The notes beneath the pieces are model-generated. The model was not told the origin of the DNA, did no database searches, and worked only from the letters and a program-made list of their open reading frames with translations. 64,000 nt of DNA, from NCBI GenBank assembly GCA_041308845.1, contig JBFZAT010000002.1:566-64565 (forward strand). Direction: 5' to 3'. This document shows, in pieces, positions 19,222-29,475 of the stretch (the stretch's first letter is position 1; each line of letters begins with the position of its first letter). Origin of the DNA: Candidatus Omnitrophota bacterium (GTDB taxonomy: Bacteria > Omnitrophota > Gorgyraeia > Gygaellales > Profunditerraquicolaceae). A program made the position numbers and the translations under genes.

Positions 19222-20199
19222 ATGAAGAAAGTAGGAATTATCGGGGTAGGCGAATATCTGCCGGAAAGAATTCTCACTAATGCTCAGCTTGAGAAAATGG
19301 TGGATACTTCGGATGAGTGGATTACGACGCGTACAGGCATTAAGCAGAGACATTTGGCTTCCACTCAAGAAGCCGCTTCAGACTTAGCGATTAAAGCCGC
19401 CCAACAGGCACTGGTCAACGCTAAATTCAAAGCCGAAGATATCGAATTAATCGTCGTAGCCACAATTACCGGGGATATGCCTTTTCCGTCAACCGCGGCT
19501 ATTGTTCAGGATAGGTTGGGCGCTAAACATGCGGCCTGTTTTGACATTTCGGCAGCCTGCGCAGGTTTTGTTTATGGGATATCGGTAGCTCAGCAGTTTA
19601 TTGCCTGTGGTACTTATAAAAATGCTCTAGTAATCGGGGTGGAAGTTTTGTCTTCAATTACCGATTGGCAGGACCGTAATACTTGCGTTTTATTTGGGGA
19701 CGGAGCCGGAGCAGCGGTTTTAGCAGAAGTGGCCAAAGGCGGGATTATCTCTACATATCTAGGATGCGATGGTTCCAAGGTTGACATATTAAATTTACCG
19801 GCCGGGGGATCACGTAATCCGGCTACCCAAGCTACGGTGGAGAACCGGCAGCATTTTCTGAAAATGCAGGGCAATGAATTATTTAAAATCGCGGTTAATA
19901 CGATGACTAAGGCTGCAGAGACGGTTCTCAAGCAAGCGGGCCTGACTTTTGCAGATGTAGATTTAATCATTCCACATCAAGCTAATGCGCGCATCATTAT
20001 GGCAGTAGCTAAGAAACTAGGGATTCCGGAGGAAAAAGTTTATCTTAATATTGAGCGCTGTGGTAATATGTCCAGCGCTTCTACAGTGACTGCGCTTTGC
20101 GAGGCAGTGCAAGAGGGCAAGGTTAAGCGGGGAGATATTATTCTACTGGATGCCTTCGGAGCGGGCCTAGTTTGGGGCGCCAGTATTATCGAATGGTAG
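19222..20199 (+). CDS. fabH: 3-oxoacyl-ACP synthase III
   Basis: Active-site Cys context AACAGF and the His-Asn triad region; 325 aa. Confidence 0.9.
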   Translation: MKKVGIIGVGEYLPERILTNAQLEKMVDTSDEWITTRTGIKQRHLASTQEAASDLAIKAAQQALVNAKFKAEDIELIVVATITGDMPFPSTAAIVQDRLGAKHAACFDISAACAGFVYGISVAQQFIACGTYKNALVIGVEVLSSITDWQDRNTCVLFGDGAGAAVLAEVAKGGIISTYLGCDGSKVDILNLPAGGSRNPATQATVENRQHFLKMQGNELFKIAVNTMTKAAETVLKQAGLTFADVDLIIPHQANARIIMAVAKKLGIPEEKVYLNIERCGNMSSASTVTALCEAVQEGKVKRGDIILLDAFGAGLVWGASIIEW

Positions 20200-21107
20200 G
20201 CTACCTTTTTGCCGGACAGGGCAGCCAATATGTGGGTATGGGCAAAGATTTATTTGATGCTTTTCCACAGGCCCAGGCGATTTTCAAAAAGGCAGATAAA
20301 ATTCTTGGCTTCTCAATCAGTGAACTGTGTTTTAACGGGCCACCGGAAGAGTTAACCAAGACAAATAATTGTCAGCCAGCGATTGTCACTATGTCGATTG
20401 CCTGTTGGCAGGCATATTTAAGTAAAAACCCAAAAATTGAAGGATATCTGTCGGGTTTAAGCCTCGGGGAATATTCAGCCTTAGTGGCTGCCGGAGCGTT
20501 AAACTTTGAAGATGCGGTTTATTTGGTTTATCGGCGTGGACAATTTATGGAAGAAGCAGCTTTGGCCCATCCGGGTAAGATGCTTTCGCTGATTGGTTTA
20601 GATTTAGCTGTGGTTAAAGATATTTGCGCCGCAACTAAGGCTGAGGTAGCAAATATTAATTGTCCCGGCCAGACGGTTATATCTGGATCAGCTGAGTCAA
20701 TCACTCAGGCGCAAGATTTAGCTAAAGCCAGAGGGGCTAAGTTAGCGGTGGCGCTGGAGGTTAGCGGTGCATTTCATTCTTCTTTCATGCAGGATGCTGG
20801 TACAAAATTAGCCTGGGAACTAGAAAAAATCAAGATTAGTCCTCCGAAATTACCATTTATTTGTAATGTTACTGGGAAGCCGGTTATAACTACCGAGGAA
20901 ATCAAGCAGAATTTGATCCGCCAGGTTTCTGCCAGTGTGTTGTGGGAGGATGCGATGAAATTAATCTTATCTAAAGGAGTAGTTAATTTTATAGAATTCG
21001 GTCCGGGTAAAGTATTAAAAGGATTAATGCGCCGGATTGATAGCAGCGCTCAAGTTGTAAATATAGAAAAAAAATCCGATATAGAGCAGTTATCCGTAAG
21101 CATTTAG
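20193..21107 (+). CDS. fabD: malonyl-CoA:ACP transacylase
   Basis: FAGQGSQYVGMG and active-site GLSLGEYSA (GxSxG). Start ATG overlaps the fabH stop. Confidence 0.9.
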   Translation: MVGYLFAGQGSQYVGMGKDLFDAFPQAQAIFKKADKILGFSISELCFNGPPEELTKTNNCQPAIVTMSIACWQAYLSKNPKIEGYLSGLSLGEYSALVAAGALNFEDAVYLVYRRGQFMEEAALAHPGKMLSLIGLDLAVVKDICAATKAEVANINCPGQTVISGSAESITQAQDLAKARGAKLAVALEVSGAFHSSFMQDAGTKLAWELEKIKISPPKLPFICNVTGKPVITTEEIKQNLIRQVSASVLWEDAMKLILSKGVVNFIEFGPGKVLKGLMRRIDSSAQVVNIEKKSDIEQLSVSI

Positions 21108-21172
21108 GAAGCAGGTTCCTGAATATTGCTTACTATATCCTATCTATTTAAGGCAGTGACAGGGAGGGTACT

Positions 21173-21916
21173 ATGAGATTGGAATCTAAAGTAGCATTGA
21201 TTACCGGGGGCGCCAGAGGCATTGGCCGGGCGATTGCCTTGACTTTTGCCCGTGAAGGTGCGAATATTGTGGTTGCCGATGTTAATCTTGAAATCGCCCA
21301 GAAAACCGCCTCTGAAATAGAGGGTTTAGGCCGTCAGGCCATGGCTTTAGAGATGGATGTAACTAGTTATGATTTAGTAGAATCTGGGATAAACAAAATT
21401 CTTGACAAACTGGGAAAGGTTGATATATTAGTTAACAACGCTGGAATTACTAAAGACAATCTTTTGCTTAGAATGTCTCCAGCGGACTGGGATGCTGTGT
21501 TAAATGTGAATTTAAAAGGCACATTTAACTGTATTAAAGCCGTTTCCCGGCCGATGATTAAACAAAGAAGCGGTAGGATTATTAGTATTGCTTCGATCAT
21601 CGGTCTGATGGGTAATCCCGGCCAGGCGAATTATGCTGCTTCTAAAGCTGGGATTATTGCTCTTACAAAAACAGTGGCTAAAGAGTTAGCCAGCCGTAAT
21701 ATTAATGCTAATGCGGTAGCGCCGGGGTTTATCCAAACAGAGATGACGGCTAAACTTCCTGAAGAGATAAAAAAGAAGATGTTGGAGGCAATTCCGCTAG
21801 GCATATTAGGTACTCCTGAAGATGTCGCTAATGTTTGTTTATTCTTGGCTTCCCAGGAATCAAGTTATATCACCGGCCAGGTAATTACGATTGACGGTGG
21901 TATGGTGATGGCGTAA
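21173..21916 (+). CDS. fabG: 3-oxoacyl-ACP reductase
   Basis: SDR family: [14 protein letters not shown] and YAASKAG catalytic motifs. Confidence 0.9.
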   Translation: MRLESKVALITGGARGIGRAIALTFAREGANIVVADVNLEIAQKTASEIEGLGRQAMALEMDVTSYDLVESGINKILDKLGKVDILVNNAGITKDNLLLRMSPADWDAVLNVNLKGTFNCIKAVSRPMIKQRSGRIISIASIIGLMGNPGQANYAASKAGIIALTKTVAKELASRNINANAVAPGFIQTEMTAKLPEEIKKKMLEAIPLGILGTPEDVANVCLFLASQESSYITGQVITIDGGMVMA

Positions 21917-22041
21917 AGCAAAGTAAAAGAGGAATACACATCGCGCTAAGCGGATGTCGGGCCGACACTAATTGGATTTGTGTCGGCCAGCGTTAGGTAA
22001 AACATGCGCGGTGTTGTGTCCGTACACAAGGAGGATAAAGA

Positions 22042-22278
22042 ATGGCATCACAAGAGAAAGTAAAATCAATCATAGCTGAGCAGCTAGGTGTGAAACCAGA
22101 AGAGGTAACTCCTGAGGCATCTTTCGTTGATGACTTAGGTGCGGATTCTTTGGATACCGTAGAGCTGGTTATGGCCTTAGAGGAAGAGTTTGGTATCGAA
22201 ATTCCCGATGAGGACGCCGAAAAAATCGCTACTGTTGGCGATGCCATCAAGTATATTGATGAAAAAAGCACCAAATAA
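22042..22278 (+). CDS. acpP: acyl carrier protein
   Basis: 78 aa with [19 protein letters not shown] (phosphopantetheine-attachment Ser in DSLD). Confidence 0.95.
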   Translation: MASQEKVKSIIAEQLGVKPEEVTPEASFVDDLGADSLDTVELVMALEEEFGIEIPDEDAEKIATVGDAIKYIDEKSTK

Positions 22279-22302
22279 AATATAATTTGTAGTAAATAAT
22301 CA

Positions 22303-22340
22303 ATTTACCCCGCATTTTGCTTTGGCGGGGTAAATTTATA
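22303..22340 (+). terminator. hairpin/partial terminator between acpP and fabF
   Basis: atttaccccgc ... gcggggtaaat stem with weak U-tract; classic readthrough attenuator position after acpP. Confidence 0.5.
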
Positions 22341-22351
22341 TTGGTCTAATT

Positions 22352-23593
22352 ATGAAAAAAAGAGTAGTGATTACTGGTTTAGGGGTCGTCAGTCCGGTTG
22401 GCAATGATGTTGCTAGTTTTTGGGACTCTTTAAAAGAAGGCCGGGGTGGAGTAGGTCCGATTACCGGTTTTGATACCACAGGTTTTGATTCCCGGATTGC
22501 CGCGGAAGTAAAGCATTTTGATCCTACCGCATTTGGGATTTCCCTTAAAGAAATTAAAAGAACTGCTAAGTTTGTGCAATATGCGGTAGCGGCGGCCAAA
22601 CAGGCAGTGGAGTCTTCTGGGCTTAATCTAGAAAAGGAAGATAGAAACCGGATCGGTGTAATTATCGGTTCTGGCATTGGTAGTTTGCAGACCATCGAGG
22701 AAGAGCATAAAATTCTTTTAAATAGAGGGCCCTCCCGGCTTTCCCCTTTCCTTATTCCGATGCTTATTGTTAATGAAGCCAGTGGTTTGGTAGCGATTGT
22801 GCATGGGTTAAAGGGGCCAAATTCATGCGTAGCTACTGCTTGTGCTTCCGGTTCCCATGCTATCGGAGAAGCCTATCGGACTATTCTTTATGGTGATGCA
22901 GATATAATGGTTTCTGGAGGCACCGAAGGATGTATTGTTGCTACTGCTGTTGGTGGTTTTTGTGCTTTAAGGGCGCTATCTACCCGGAATGAATCTCCCG
23001 ATAAAGCCTCACGTCCGTTTGACCGTGATCGGGATGGTTTTGTCATGGCCGAAGGCTGCGGTTTAGTAGTTTTAGAGACTTTAGAGCATGCCCAGAAAAG
23101 AAATGCTAATATTATTGCGGAAATAACTGGTTTTGGTATGACCTGTGACGCCTATCATATAACTGCTCCTGATCCGGGCGGAGAGGGTGCCGCTGCGGCG
23201 ATGACTATGGCGCTTAAAGATGCGCAATTGAATCCGGAGCAGATTACTTATATTAACGCGCATGGCACTTCTACTAAACTTAATGATAAGATTGAAACTT
23301 TATCAATGAAAAAGGCCTTTGGCCGGCATAGCAAACAGGTGATGGTTTCTTCGACTAAATCCGTAACCGGACATCTTCTAGGTGCTGCCGGGGGCGTTGA
23401 ATTTGTAGCATGTTGTATGGCAATTAAAGATGGAGTTGTTCCCCCTACCATTAATTATGATTATCCTGATCCGGAGTGTGATTTGGATTATGTGCCGAAT
23501 ATCGCGCGGAAGACTGAAGTTTCAGCCTGCATGTCCAATTCTCTAGGGTTTGGCGGGCACAACGCCTCTCTTATAGTAAAGAAATTCAAGTAA
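22352..23593 (+). CDS. fabF: 3-oxoacyl-ACP synthase II
   Basis: 413 aa; active-site Cys (ATACASG) and the two His (HGTST, GHLLGAAG) motifs. Confidence 0.9.
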   Translation: MKKRVVITGLGVVSPVGNDVASFWDSLKEGRGGVGPITGFDTTGFDSRIAAEVKHFDPTAFGISLKEIKRTAKFVQYAVAAAKQAVESSGLNLEKEDRNRIGVIIGSGIGSLQTIEEEHKILLNRGPSRLSPFLIPMLIVNEASGLVAIVHGLKGPNSCVATACASGSHAIGEAYRTILYGDADIMVSGGTEGCIVATAVGGFCALRALSTRNESPDKASRPFDRDRDGFVMAEGCGLVVLETLEHAQKRNANIIAEITGFGMTCDAYHITAPDPGGEGAAAAMTMALKDAQLNPEQITYINAHGTSTKLNDKIETLSMKKAFGRHSKQVMVSSTKSVTGHLLGAAGGVEFVACCMAIKDGVVPPTINYDYPDPECDLDYVPNIARKTEVSACMSNSLGFGGHNASLIVKKFK

Positions 23594-23608
23594 TTTTTTA
23601 TATTCCTC

Positions 23609-24865
23609 ATGGGTTATACAATCGCAGAAAAAATACTTTTAGCGCATTCAGGGCAAAAAAGCATTAAGCCGGGAGAATTCATTCAGGCGGATGTGGATGT
23701 AGCTTTGGCCAATGATATTACTGCGCCTTTGGCCATTGCCGAATTTAGAAAATCAGGTTTTACTCAGGTATTTAATAAAAATAAAATTGTTTTAGTCCCG
23801 GATCATTTTGCCCCGGCTAAAGATTTAAAAAGCGCCAATCAATGTAAGATCCTAGCGGATTTCGCTAAAGAGCAGAAAATAAAAAATTACTTTGAAGTTG
23901 GACAGATGGGGATCGAACATGCACTGCTTCCGGAAGCCGGGATCGTTATGCCGGGGGATTTGATTATCGGTGCTGATTCCCATACCTGTACGTACGGAGC
24001 TTTGGGTGCTTATGCGACCGGGATGGGCTCTACGGATTTAGCCCGCGCTTATATTGATGGTAAATGTTGGTTAAAAGTTCCGGGCACTTTGAAGTTTATT
24101 TATCAAGGTAAGTTGAATCAATGGGTGGGGGGCAAAGATTTAATTCTGTATACCATCGGCAAGATTGGCGTAGATGGGGCTTTATATAAAGTAATGGAGT
24201 TTACTGGTCCAGTAATTTCAAAATTGAGCATGGATGACCGTTTTGCCATGTCTAATATGGCTATTGAGGCTGGTGCGCGCGCCGGTTTAATTTCAGCCGA
24301 TGAAAAGACTAAGAAATTTGTGGCTGGGTTTAAACGTAAACCAAAATTTTATTATTCTGATCCAGACGCCACCTATGAAAAAACCTATGAATGGGATATT
24401 ACTGGTTTAGAGCCTTTGGTGGCCTGTCCGCATTTACCTAGCAACGTCAAGCCGGTTAGCAGCTTGAAAGGCATTAAAGTCGATCAGGTAGTGATTGGCT
24501 CTTGCACTAACGGCCGGATTTCGGATTTACGTATTGCTGCTGCTTTGCTCAAAGGTAAAAAAGTCGCCCGCGGCGTAAAATTGATCGTATTTCCGGCCAC
24601 CCAAAAGATTTATTTACAGGCGGTAAAAGAAGGTTTGGCTGAGATTTTTGTTAAGGCTGGAGGTGTTTTTTCTACTCCGACTTGCGGGCCTTGTCTAGGC
24701 GGACATATGGGGATTTTAGCTGAAGCTGAAGTAGCGATTGCCACGACTAATCGGAACTTTTTAGGCCGTATGGGTAGTCCGAAATCTTTTGTTTATTTGT
24801 CTAATCCGGCAGTAGCCGCGGCTAGCGCCATTACTGGTAAAATTACTCACCCGGGAAAGATCTGA
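23609..24865 (+). CDS. leuC: 3-isopropylmalate/homoaconitate-type dehydratase large subunit (archaeal-type LeuC)
   Basis: 418-aa aconitase-family catalytic domain with Fe-S ligand cysteines (GSCTNGR, CGPC). Confidence 0.85.
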   Translation: MGYTIAEKILLAHSGQKSIKPGEFIQADVDVALANDITAPLAIAEFRKSGFTQVFNKNKIVLVPDHFAPAKDLKSANQCKILADFAKEQKIKNYFEVGQMGIEHALLPEAGIVMPGDLIIGADSHTCTYGALGAYATGMGSTDLARAYIDGKCWLKVPGTLKFIYQGKLNQWVGGKDLILYTIGKIGVDGALYKVMEFTGPVISKLSMDDRFAMSNMAIEAGARAGLISADEKTKKFVAGFKRKPKFYYSDPDATYEKTYEWDITGLEPLVACPHLPSNVKPVSSLKGIKVDQVVIGSCTNGRISDLRIAAALLKGKKVARGVKLIVFPATQKIYLQAVKEGLAEIFVKAGGVFSTPTCGPCLGGHMGILAEAEVAIATTNRNFLGRMGSPKSFVYLSNPAVAAASAITGKITHPGKI

Positions 24866-25365
24866 TGATTATTAAAGGTAGGGTCCATAAATTTAGTGAT
24901 GATATCAATACTGACGATATTATTGCAGCTAAATATTTAGTTTCTACCGATGCCCAGGAGCTGGGTAAGCGTTGCATGGAAACAATTAATCCGGATTTTT
25001 CTAAAAATGTTACTCCGGGGGATATCATTGTTGCCGGAAGGAATTTTGGCTGCGGATCCAGCCGGGAGCATGCACCTTTGGCGATTAAGGGGTGCGGAAT
25101 TTCGGCAGTAATCGCCAAGAGTTTTGCTGCAATTTTTTTTAGGAATGCTATTAATATTGGGTTACCGTTTTTAGAATCAGAGGATACCGATAAAATAAAT
25201 GATGGAGATTTGATCGAAATAGATTTAGCCAGCGGCGTAATTAAGAATACGACGCAAGATAAAAATTATAAAACCCAGGCTTTTCCGGGATTTCTGCGGC
25301 AGATTGTCGAAAGCGGCGGTCTGATCAATTATATCAAAAAAGTAAAAGGGAAACTAGGCGGGTAA
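24865..25365 (+). CDS. leuD: 3-isopropylmalate dehydratase small subunit (archaeal-type LeuD)
   Basis: 166 aa aconitase swivel domain (GRNFGCGSSREHA); ATGA overlap with leuC. Confidence 0.85.
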   Translation: MIIKGRVHKFSDDINTDDIIAAKYLVSTDAQELGKRCMETINPDFSKNVTPGDIIVAGRNFGCGSSREHAPLAIKGCGISAVIAKSFAAIFFRNAINIGLPFLESEDTDKINDGDLIEIDLASGVIKNTTQDKNYKTQAFPGFLRQIVESGGLINYIKKVKGKLGG

Positions 25366-25412
25366 CTTTTAGGTAATTAATCTGGCTGGATAAAATCCTT
25401 AAGGAGCTCAAT

Positions 25413-26462
25413 ATGTATAAGATAGCGGTAATTCCCGGAGACGGCACAGGCCCGGAAGTAGTTAATGAAGGTTTAAAAGTTTTAGCTGCCGCCGGGAAGA
25501 AGTTTGGTTTTCAATATGAGGCCAAGAGCTTTGATTTTAGCGGTCGCAGGTACCTGCAGACCGGTAAGCTGGTTGAAGATCGCGATGTTGAGGAATTAAA
25601 AAGATATAATGCCATCTATCTGGGCGCGGTGGGAGATCCGGATGTAAAACCCGGGATTATCGAAACAGGAGTATTGTTGAAATTAAGGTTTGCTCTCGAT
25701 CAGTATATTAACCTCCGGCCGGTTAAGCTCTATAATTCTGCATATTGTCCTTTAAAAGATAAAAATCCTGAAGACATCGATTTTGTAGTGGTGCGTGAAA
25801 ATTCCGAAGGATTGTATAAAGGGATGGGAGAGTTTAGGGATAAAGATACTCCTCAAGAGGTAGCGATCCAGATTTCTTATAATACGCGTAAAGGTGTAGA
25901 GCGGTGTATTCGTTACGCCTTCGAGTGTGCCCGAAAGCGCAATAAAAAGAAAAAGCTTACTCTTTGCGGTAAAACCAATGTTTTGACTTATGCTTGGGAT
26001 CTTTGGCAGCGCACATTTAATGAGGTGGCGGTTGAGTATCCGGACATTACTACGGATTATGCGCACGTGGATGCAACGACCATGTGGTTTGTGAAAAATC
26101 CGGAATGGTTCGATGTAATTGTTACTGATAATTTATTCGGAGATATTATTACTGATTTAGGGGCAATGATCCAGGGAGGGATGGGAATCGCCGCCGGAGG
26201 CAATATTAATCCTCAAGGAGTTTCTATGTTTGAGCCGATCGGAGGCAGTGCTCCTAAGTATACCGGTAAGAATGTAATTAATCCTTTGGCGGCGATCTGC
26301 GCTGCCGGGATGATGCTGGAAAATTTGGGTGAACTAAAAGCTGCTCAGGCAATCGAAACAGCGGTGATCAGGCTGGTAAATAAAGATTTGAAATCCCTAG
26401 CGGCCGGTAAGATGGGTTATTCTACTATCGAAGTAGGTGACTTGGTGGTTAAAAATTTATAA
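25413..26462 (+). CDS. leuB: 3-isopropylmalate dehydrogenase (isocitrate/isopropylmalate DH family)
   Basis: [14 protein letters not shown]-terminus, NLFGDIITD and [11 protein letters not shown] motifs. Confidence 0.8.
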   Translation: MYKIAVIPGDGTGPEVVNEGLKVLAAAGKKFGFQYEAKSFDFSGRRYLQTGKLVEDRDVEELKRYNAIYLGAVGDPDVKPGIIETGVLLKLRFALDQYINLRPVKLYNSAYCPLKDKNPEDIDFVVVRENSEGLYKGMGEFRDKDTPQEVAIQISYNTRKGVERCIRYAFECARKRNKKKKLTLCGKTNVLTYAWDLWQRTFNEVAVEYPDITTDYAHVDATTMWFVKNPEWFDVIVTDNLFGDIITDLGAMIQGGMGIAAGGNINPQGVSMFEPIGGSAPKYTGKNVINPLAAICAAGMMLENLGELKAAQAIETAVIRLVNKDLKSLAAGKMGYSTIEVGDLVVKNL

Positions 26463-26480
26463 TCTATATGCATAATAATT

Positions 26481-26548
26481 TGCACCCCGCGCAGATTGGT
26501 ATTGCGCGGGTGTTTGCTAGGTGGCGAAAAAACACCAAGCCACCCGTT
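26481..26548. repeat. ~70-nt imperfect palindromic intergenic repeat, copy C
   Basis: ...attggtattgcgcgggtgtttg...aaacaccaagccacccgtt. Shares its right end with copies A/B and its attggtattgcg core with copy D. Confidence 0.6.
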
Positions 26549-26593
26549 AAATAAAAATTAAATTTTAATAGTGTGGTCAGGAGGGTAGTATTT

Positions 26594-27619
26594 ATGAAAA
26601 AGTTTAATGTTGCAGTAGTGGGGGCGGGGGTAGTTGGTATTGAAATGTTGCGGGTTTTAAAACAGCGCAATTTCCCTCTAGATACCTTAAAAGTTTTTGC
26701 GCGCTCTGCGCGGGATATTTCTGTAGACGGACAAACTTATGCTGTTGAGCCGATCACTGCCGATGGTTTTAACGGTATAGATATTGCATTATTTGCTGGT
26801 ACCGAAGGAGAAAAAGGCGCCGCGGTTAGCTTCGCTCAAGAGGCAGTAAAAAGAGGAGCGGTAGTGATTGACAATGGCGCGGATTTCCGGATGGACCCTG
26901 AGGTCCCTTTGGTTGTGCCAGAAGTTAATGCGGCAGATGTGAAAAAAAACAAAGGGATTATCGCTAATCCAAATTGTTCTACGATCCAAATGGTGGTAGC
27001 GCTTAATCCTTTACATAAAAGATTTGTCATAAAAAAGATTATCGTGACTACCCTGCAGGCCGCAAGTGGGGCTGGTAAGGGTGCGGTTGAGCAGTTGAAA
27101 GAGGAAACCAGCCTTATCGCTCAGGGAGGGTTTAACAACCTGCATGTCCAGGCAGCTAATAAATCTATGCCGCAGCAATTAGCTTATAATTGTTTCCCGC
27201 ACATCGGAAGCTTCGTAGAATCTGATTATACCAATGAAGAATGGAAGCTGGTTAAAGAAACGCATAAAATCATGCATGCTCCAAAGATTAAAATTTCCGC
27301 AACTACCGTGCGCGTTCCGGTAAGGACTGGTCATTCCGAATCTATTTATATCGAAACTAGCCGGCCAGTTACCCCGCAACAGGCCAGGAAAATATTGTCC
27401 AAGGCTCCAGGCGTTATGCTAATAGATGAAGTTAAAAATAACCTTTATCCGATGCCCAAAGATTCTGAGGGTAGAGATGAGACTTTTATCGGACGCATTC
27501 GGCAGGACGCTTTTAATAAAAAAGGTCTGTGGTTATGGGTAGTGGCAGATAATTTACGCAAAGGGGCAGCCACCAATGCTGTGCAAATAGCGGAATGCGT
27601 AATTTCAAAGTTGAAATAG
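26594..27619 (+). CDS. asd: aspartate-semialdehyde dehydrogenase
   Basis: VAVVGAGVVG Rossmann motif and active-site NPNCSTI. Start at the internal ATG (MKKFNV). Confidence 0.85.
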   Translation: MKKFNVAVVGAGVVGIEMLRVLKQRNFPLDTLKVFARSARDISVDGQTYAVEPITADGFNGIDIALFAGTEGEKGAAVSFAQEAVKRGAVVIDNGADFRMDPEVPLVVPEVNAADVKKNKGIIANPNCSTIQMVVALNPLHKRFVIKKIIVTTLQAASGAGKGAVEQLKEETSLIAQGGFNNLHVQAANKSMPQQLAYNCFPHIGSFVESDYTNEEWKLVKETHKIMHAPKIKISATTVRVPVRTGHSESIYIETSRPVTPQQARKILSKAPGVMLIDEVKNNLYPMPKDSEGRDETFIGRIRQDAFNKKGLWLWVVADNLRKGAATNAVQIAECVISKLK

Positions 27620-28356
27620 AATATGATGGTACGCATTATCATGGTTGGCAGGTGCAAAATGGCCATTTGGCTGTTCTTCAGCATACTAACCGGCGCACTA
27701 TCCAGTACGTTTTAGAAACAGTTCTCGAAAAGATCCTTCAAGAAGAGATCAGTTTAACTGTTGCTGGCCGCACAGATGCTGGGGTGCATGCTCTTTCCCA
27801 GGTTGCTAATTTCAAAAGCTCAACCCGGATGCCTTTAGAAAAGTTGCGCTGGGCAATTAATTGTCTGCTGCCGGAAGATATTAAGGTCAGTCGGATTAGA
27901 AATGTCAACCTAGATTTTAACAGCCGTTTTTCTGCAAAATCCAAGCTTTATCGCTATACGATTCTAAACCGTAAATATTCATCAGCTTTATTAGCCAACC
28001 GGGTATATTTCTGCCACTATCCGTTGGATATTAATCTTATGCGTAAAGAAGCTAAAGTTTTGTCCGGTCGCCATAATTTTACTGCTTTTCAGGCCACCGA
28101 AGCCAGGGTGCGTAATCCGCTGCGCACGATTAGGTTAATTAAAATTACCCGGAATAAAGATTTTGTGTATATTGATATTGAGGCAGATAGTTTTTTATAT
28201 AATATGGTCAGGAATATCGCCGGCACACTCTTAGAGCTTGGCAGAGGGAGGTTTCCTCCTGGGAGCATGAAAAGCATCCTTAAAAATCGTAACCGTAAAC
28301 TTGCCGGACCAACCCTTCCGGCGAAAGGGCTATGCTTAATAAAGGTGAAATATTAA
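27595..28356 (+). CDS. truA: tRNA pseudouridine(38-40) synthase
   Basis: EYDGTHYHGWQ and catalytic GRTDAGVHA motif. Confidence 0.85.
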   Translation: MRNFKVEIEYDGTHYHGWQVQNGHLAVLQHTNRRTIQYVLETVLEKILQEEISLTVAGRTDAGVHALSQVANFKSSTRMPLEKLRWAINCLLPEDIKVSRIRNVNLDFNSRFSAKSKLYRYTILNRKYSSALLANRVYFCHYPLDINLMRKEAKVLSGRHNFTAFQATEARVRNPLRTIRLIKITRNKDFVYIDIEADSFLYNMVRNIAGTLLELGRGRFPPGSMKSILKNRNRKLAGPTLPAKGLCLIKVKY

Positions 28357-28366
28357 TAAAAATAGT

Positions 28367-28394
28367 TTGACTTTATTTATTAATCTGTTATACT
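28367..28394 (+). promoter_or_regulatory. sigma70-like promoter (TTGACT-16-TATACT) for rplM-rpsI
   Basis: ttgact 28367-28372 and tatact 28389-28394 with 16-nt spacer, ~80 nt upstream of rplM. Confidence 0.4.
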
Positions 28395-28476
28395 TAACAA
28401 TTCTATGAGCTTTCGATTTGGCTCTGCGGTTATTTTGAGGGAAGTCGCAATACAATAATAAAAAGTGAGTTAAGTA

Positions 28477-28914
28477 ATGAAAAAAACATATTCAGCTAAG
28501 CCAGAAGATATCAAAAGAAAGTGGTATATTGTCGATGCTAAAGGGCAGATCCTGGGAAGATTAGCTGCTCAGGTAGCGACTATTCTCAGGGGCAAACATA
28601 AGCCTATTTATACCCCGCATTTAGATACCGGAGACGGCGTGATTGTTATTAACGCTGCTCAGATTAAGGTTACCGGGCGTAAGCTTAAACAAAAAATTTA
28701 CCGCAGGTATTCTGGTTATCCCGGAGGTTTGCGCGAGGTAACTTTGGAAGTATTGTTGGCTAGAAAGCCAGCTACCGTTATACATTTAGCGGTACAAAGA
28801 ATGCTTCCTATTGGGCCTTTAGGCAGAGATCTAATCAAAAAATTAAGAGTTTATGCTGATGCTCAACATGGATTAACCGGCATTAAACCGTTGGTTTTGG
28901 AGGTTAAGAGTTAA
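28477..28914 (+). CDS. rplM: 50S ribosomal protein L13
   Basis: 145 aa; KWYIVDAKGQILGRLA N-terminal signature. Confidence 0.95.
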   Translation: MKKTYSAKPEDIKRKWYIVDAKGQILGRLAAQVATILRGKHKPIYTPHLDTGDGVIVINAAQIKVTGRKLKQKIYRRYSGYPGGLREVTLEVLLARKPATVIHLAVQRMLPIGPLGRDLIKKLRVYADAQHGLTGIKPLVLEVKS

Positions 28915-29310
28915 ATGGGCGAATTAACTAAATATATAGCATTAGGACGACGTAAAGAATCAACAGCTAGAGTAAGTATGGTGGCCGGAATTGGACGCAT
29001 TATAATCAACGGGCGGCCTTTCGAAAAATATTTTTTACGTGAAACTGACCGTATTATTGTTTTACAGCCTTTAGCGCTTACTGAAAGCACAGGTAAATTT
29101 AATATTTCAGCTAAACTTACTGGTGGTGGCCTAACTGGCCAAGCGGGGGCTTTACGTCTGGGTATTTCGCGGGCTCTGTTGATTGCCGATGGTAATTTTA
29201 AAGAAATTTTCCGAAAAAACGGGTATTTGACCCGTGATTCACGTATGAAAGAACGGAAGAAGTATGGCTTAAAAGGAGCACGTAAGCGCTTCCAGTGGAC
29301 TAAACGTTAG
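28915..29310 (+). CDS. rpsI: 30S ribosomal protein S9
   Basis: 131 aa ending KYGLKGARKRFQWTKR. Confidence 0.95.
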   Translation: MGELTKYIALGRRKESTARVSMVAGIGRIIINGRPFEKYFLRETDRIIVLQPLALTESTGKFNISAKLTGGGLTGQAGALRLGISRALLIADGNFKEIFRKNGYLTRDSRMKERKKYGLKGARKRFQWTKR

Positions 29311-29344
29311 GTTTGATAGTTTAAAACTGCATAGTGCATTTCTA

Positions 29345-29375
29345 AAACCCCGCTGTAAGTAGCGGGGTTTTTTTG
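29345..29375 (+). terminator. Rho-independent terminator after rpsI
   Basis: aaaaccccgct-gtaagt-agcggggtttt followed by tttttt. Confidence 0.8.
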
Positions 29376-29410
29376 TGGCTAGAGCTTTTTATTTCCGACG
29401 AGAAAAAACC

Positions 29411-29439
29411 TTGACGGAAGTTTAATTTTATTCTAAGAT
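29411..29439 (+). promoter_or_regulatory. candidate promoter of the arg operon (TTGACG-17-TAAGAT)
   Basis: ttgacg ... taagat; the adjacent AT-rich gataattcaattatta resembles an ARG-box half site. Weak. Confidence 0.3.
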
Positions 29440-29475
29440 AATTCAATTATTAGCTTAAGGCACCCAGGAGGGGTT

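Noticed and set aside
29440-29460. ARG box (ArgR operator) upstream of argC
   Set aside because: The AT-rich aattcaattatt only loosely resembles the TNTGAATWWWWATTCANW consensus. It was left as a low-confidence note within the promoter feature.
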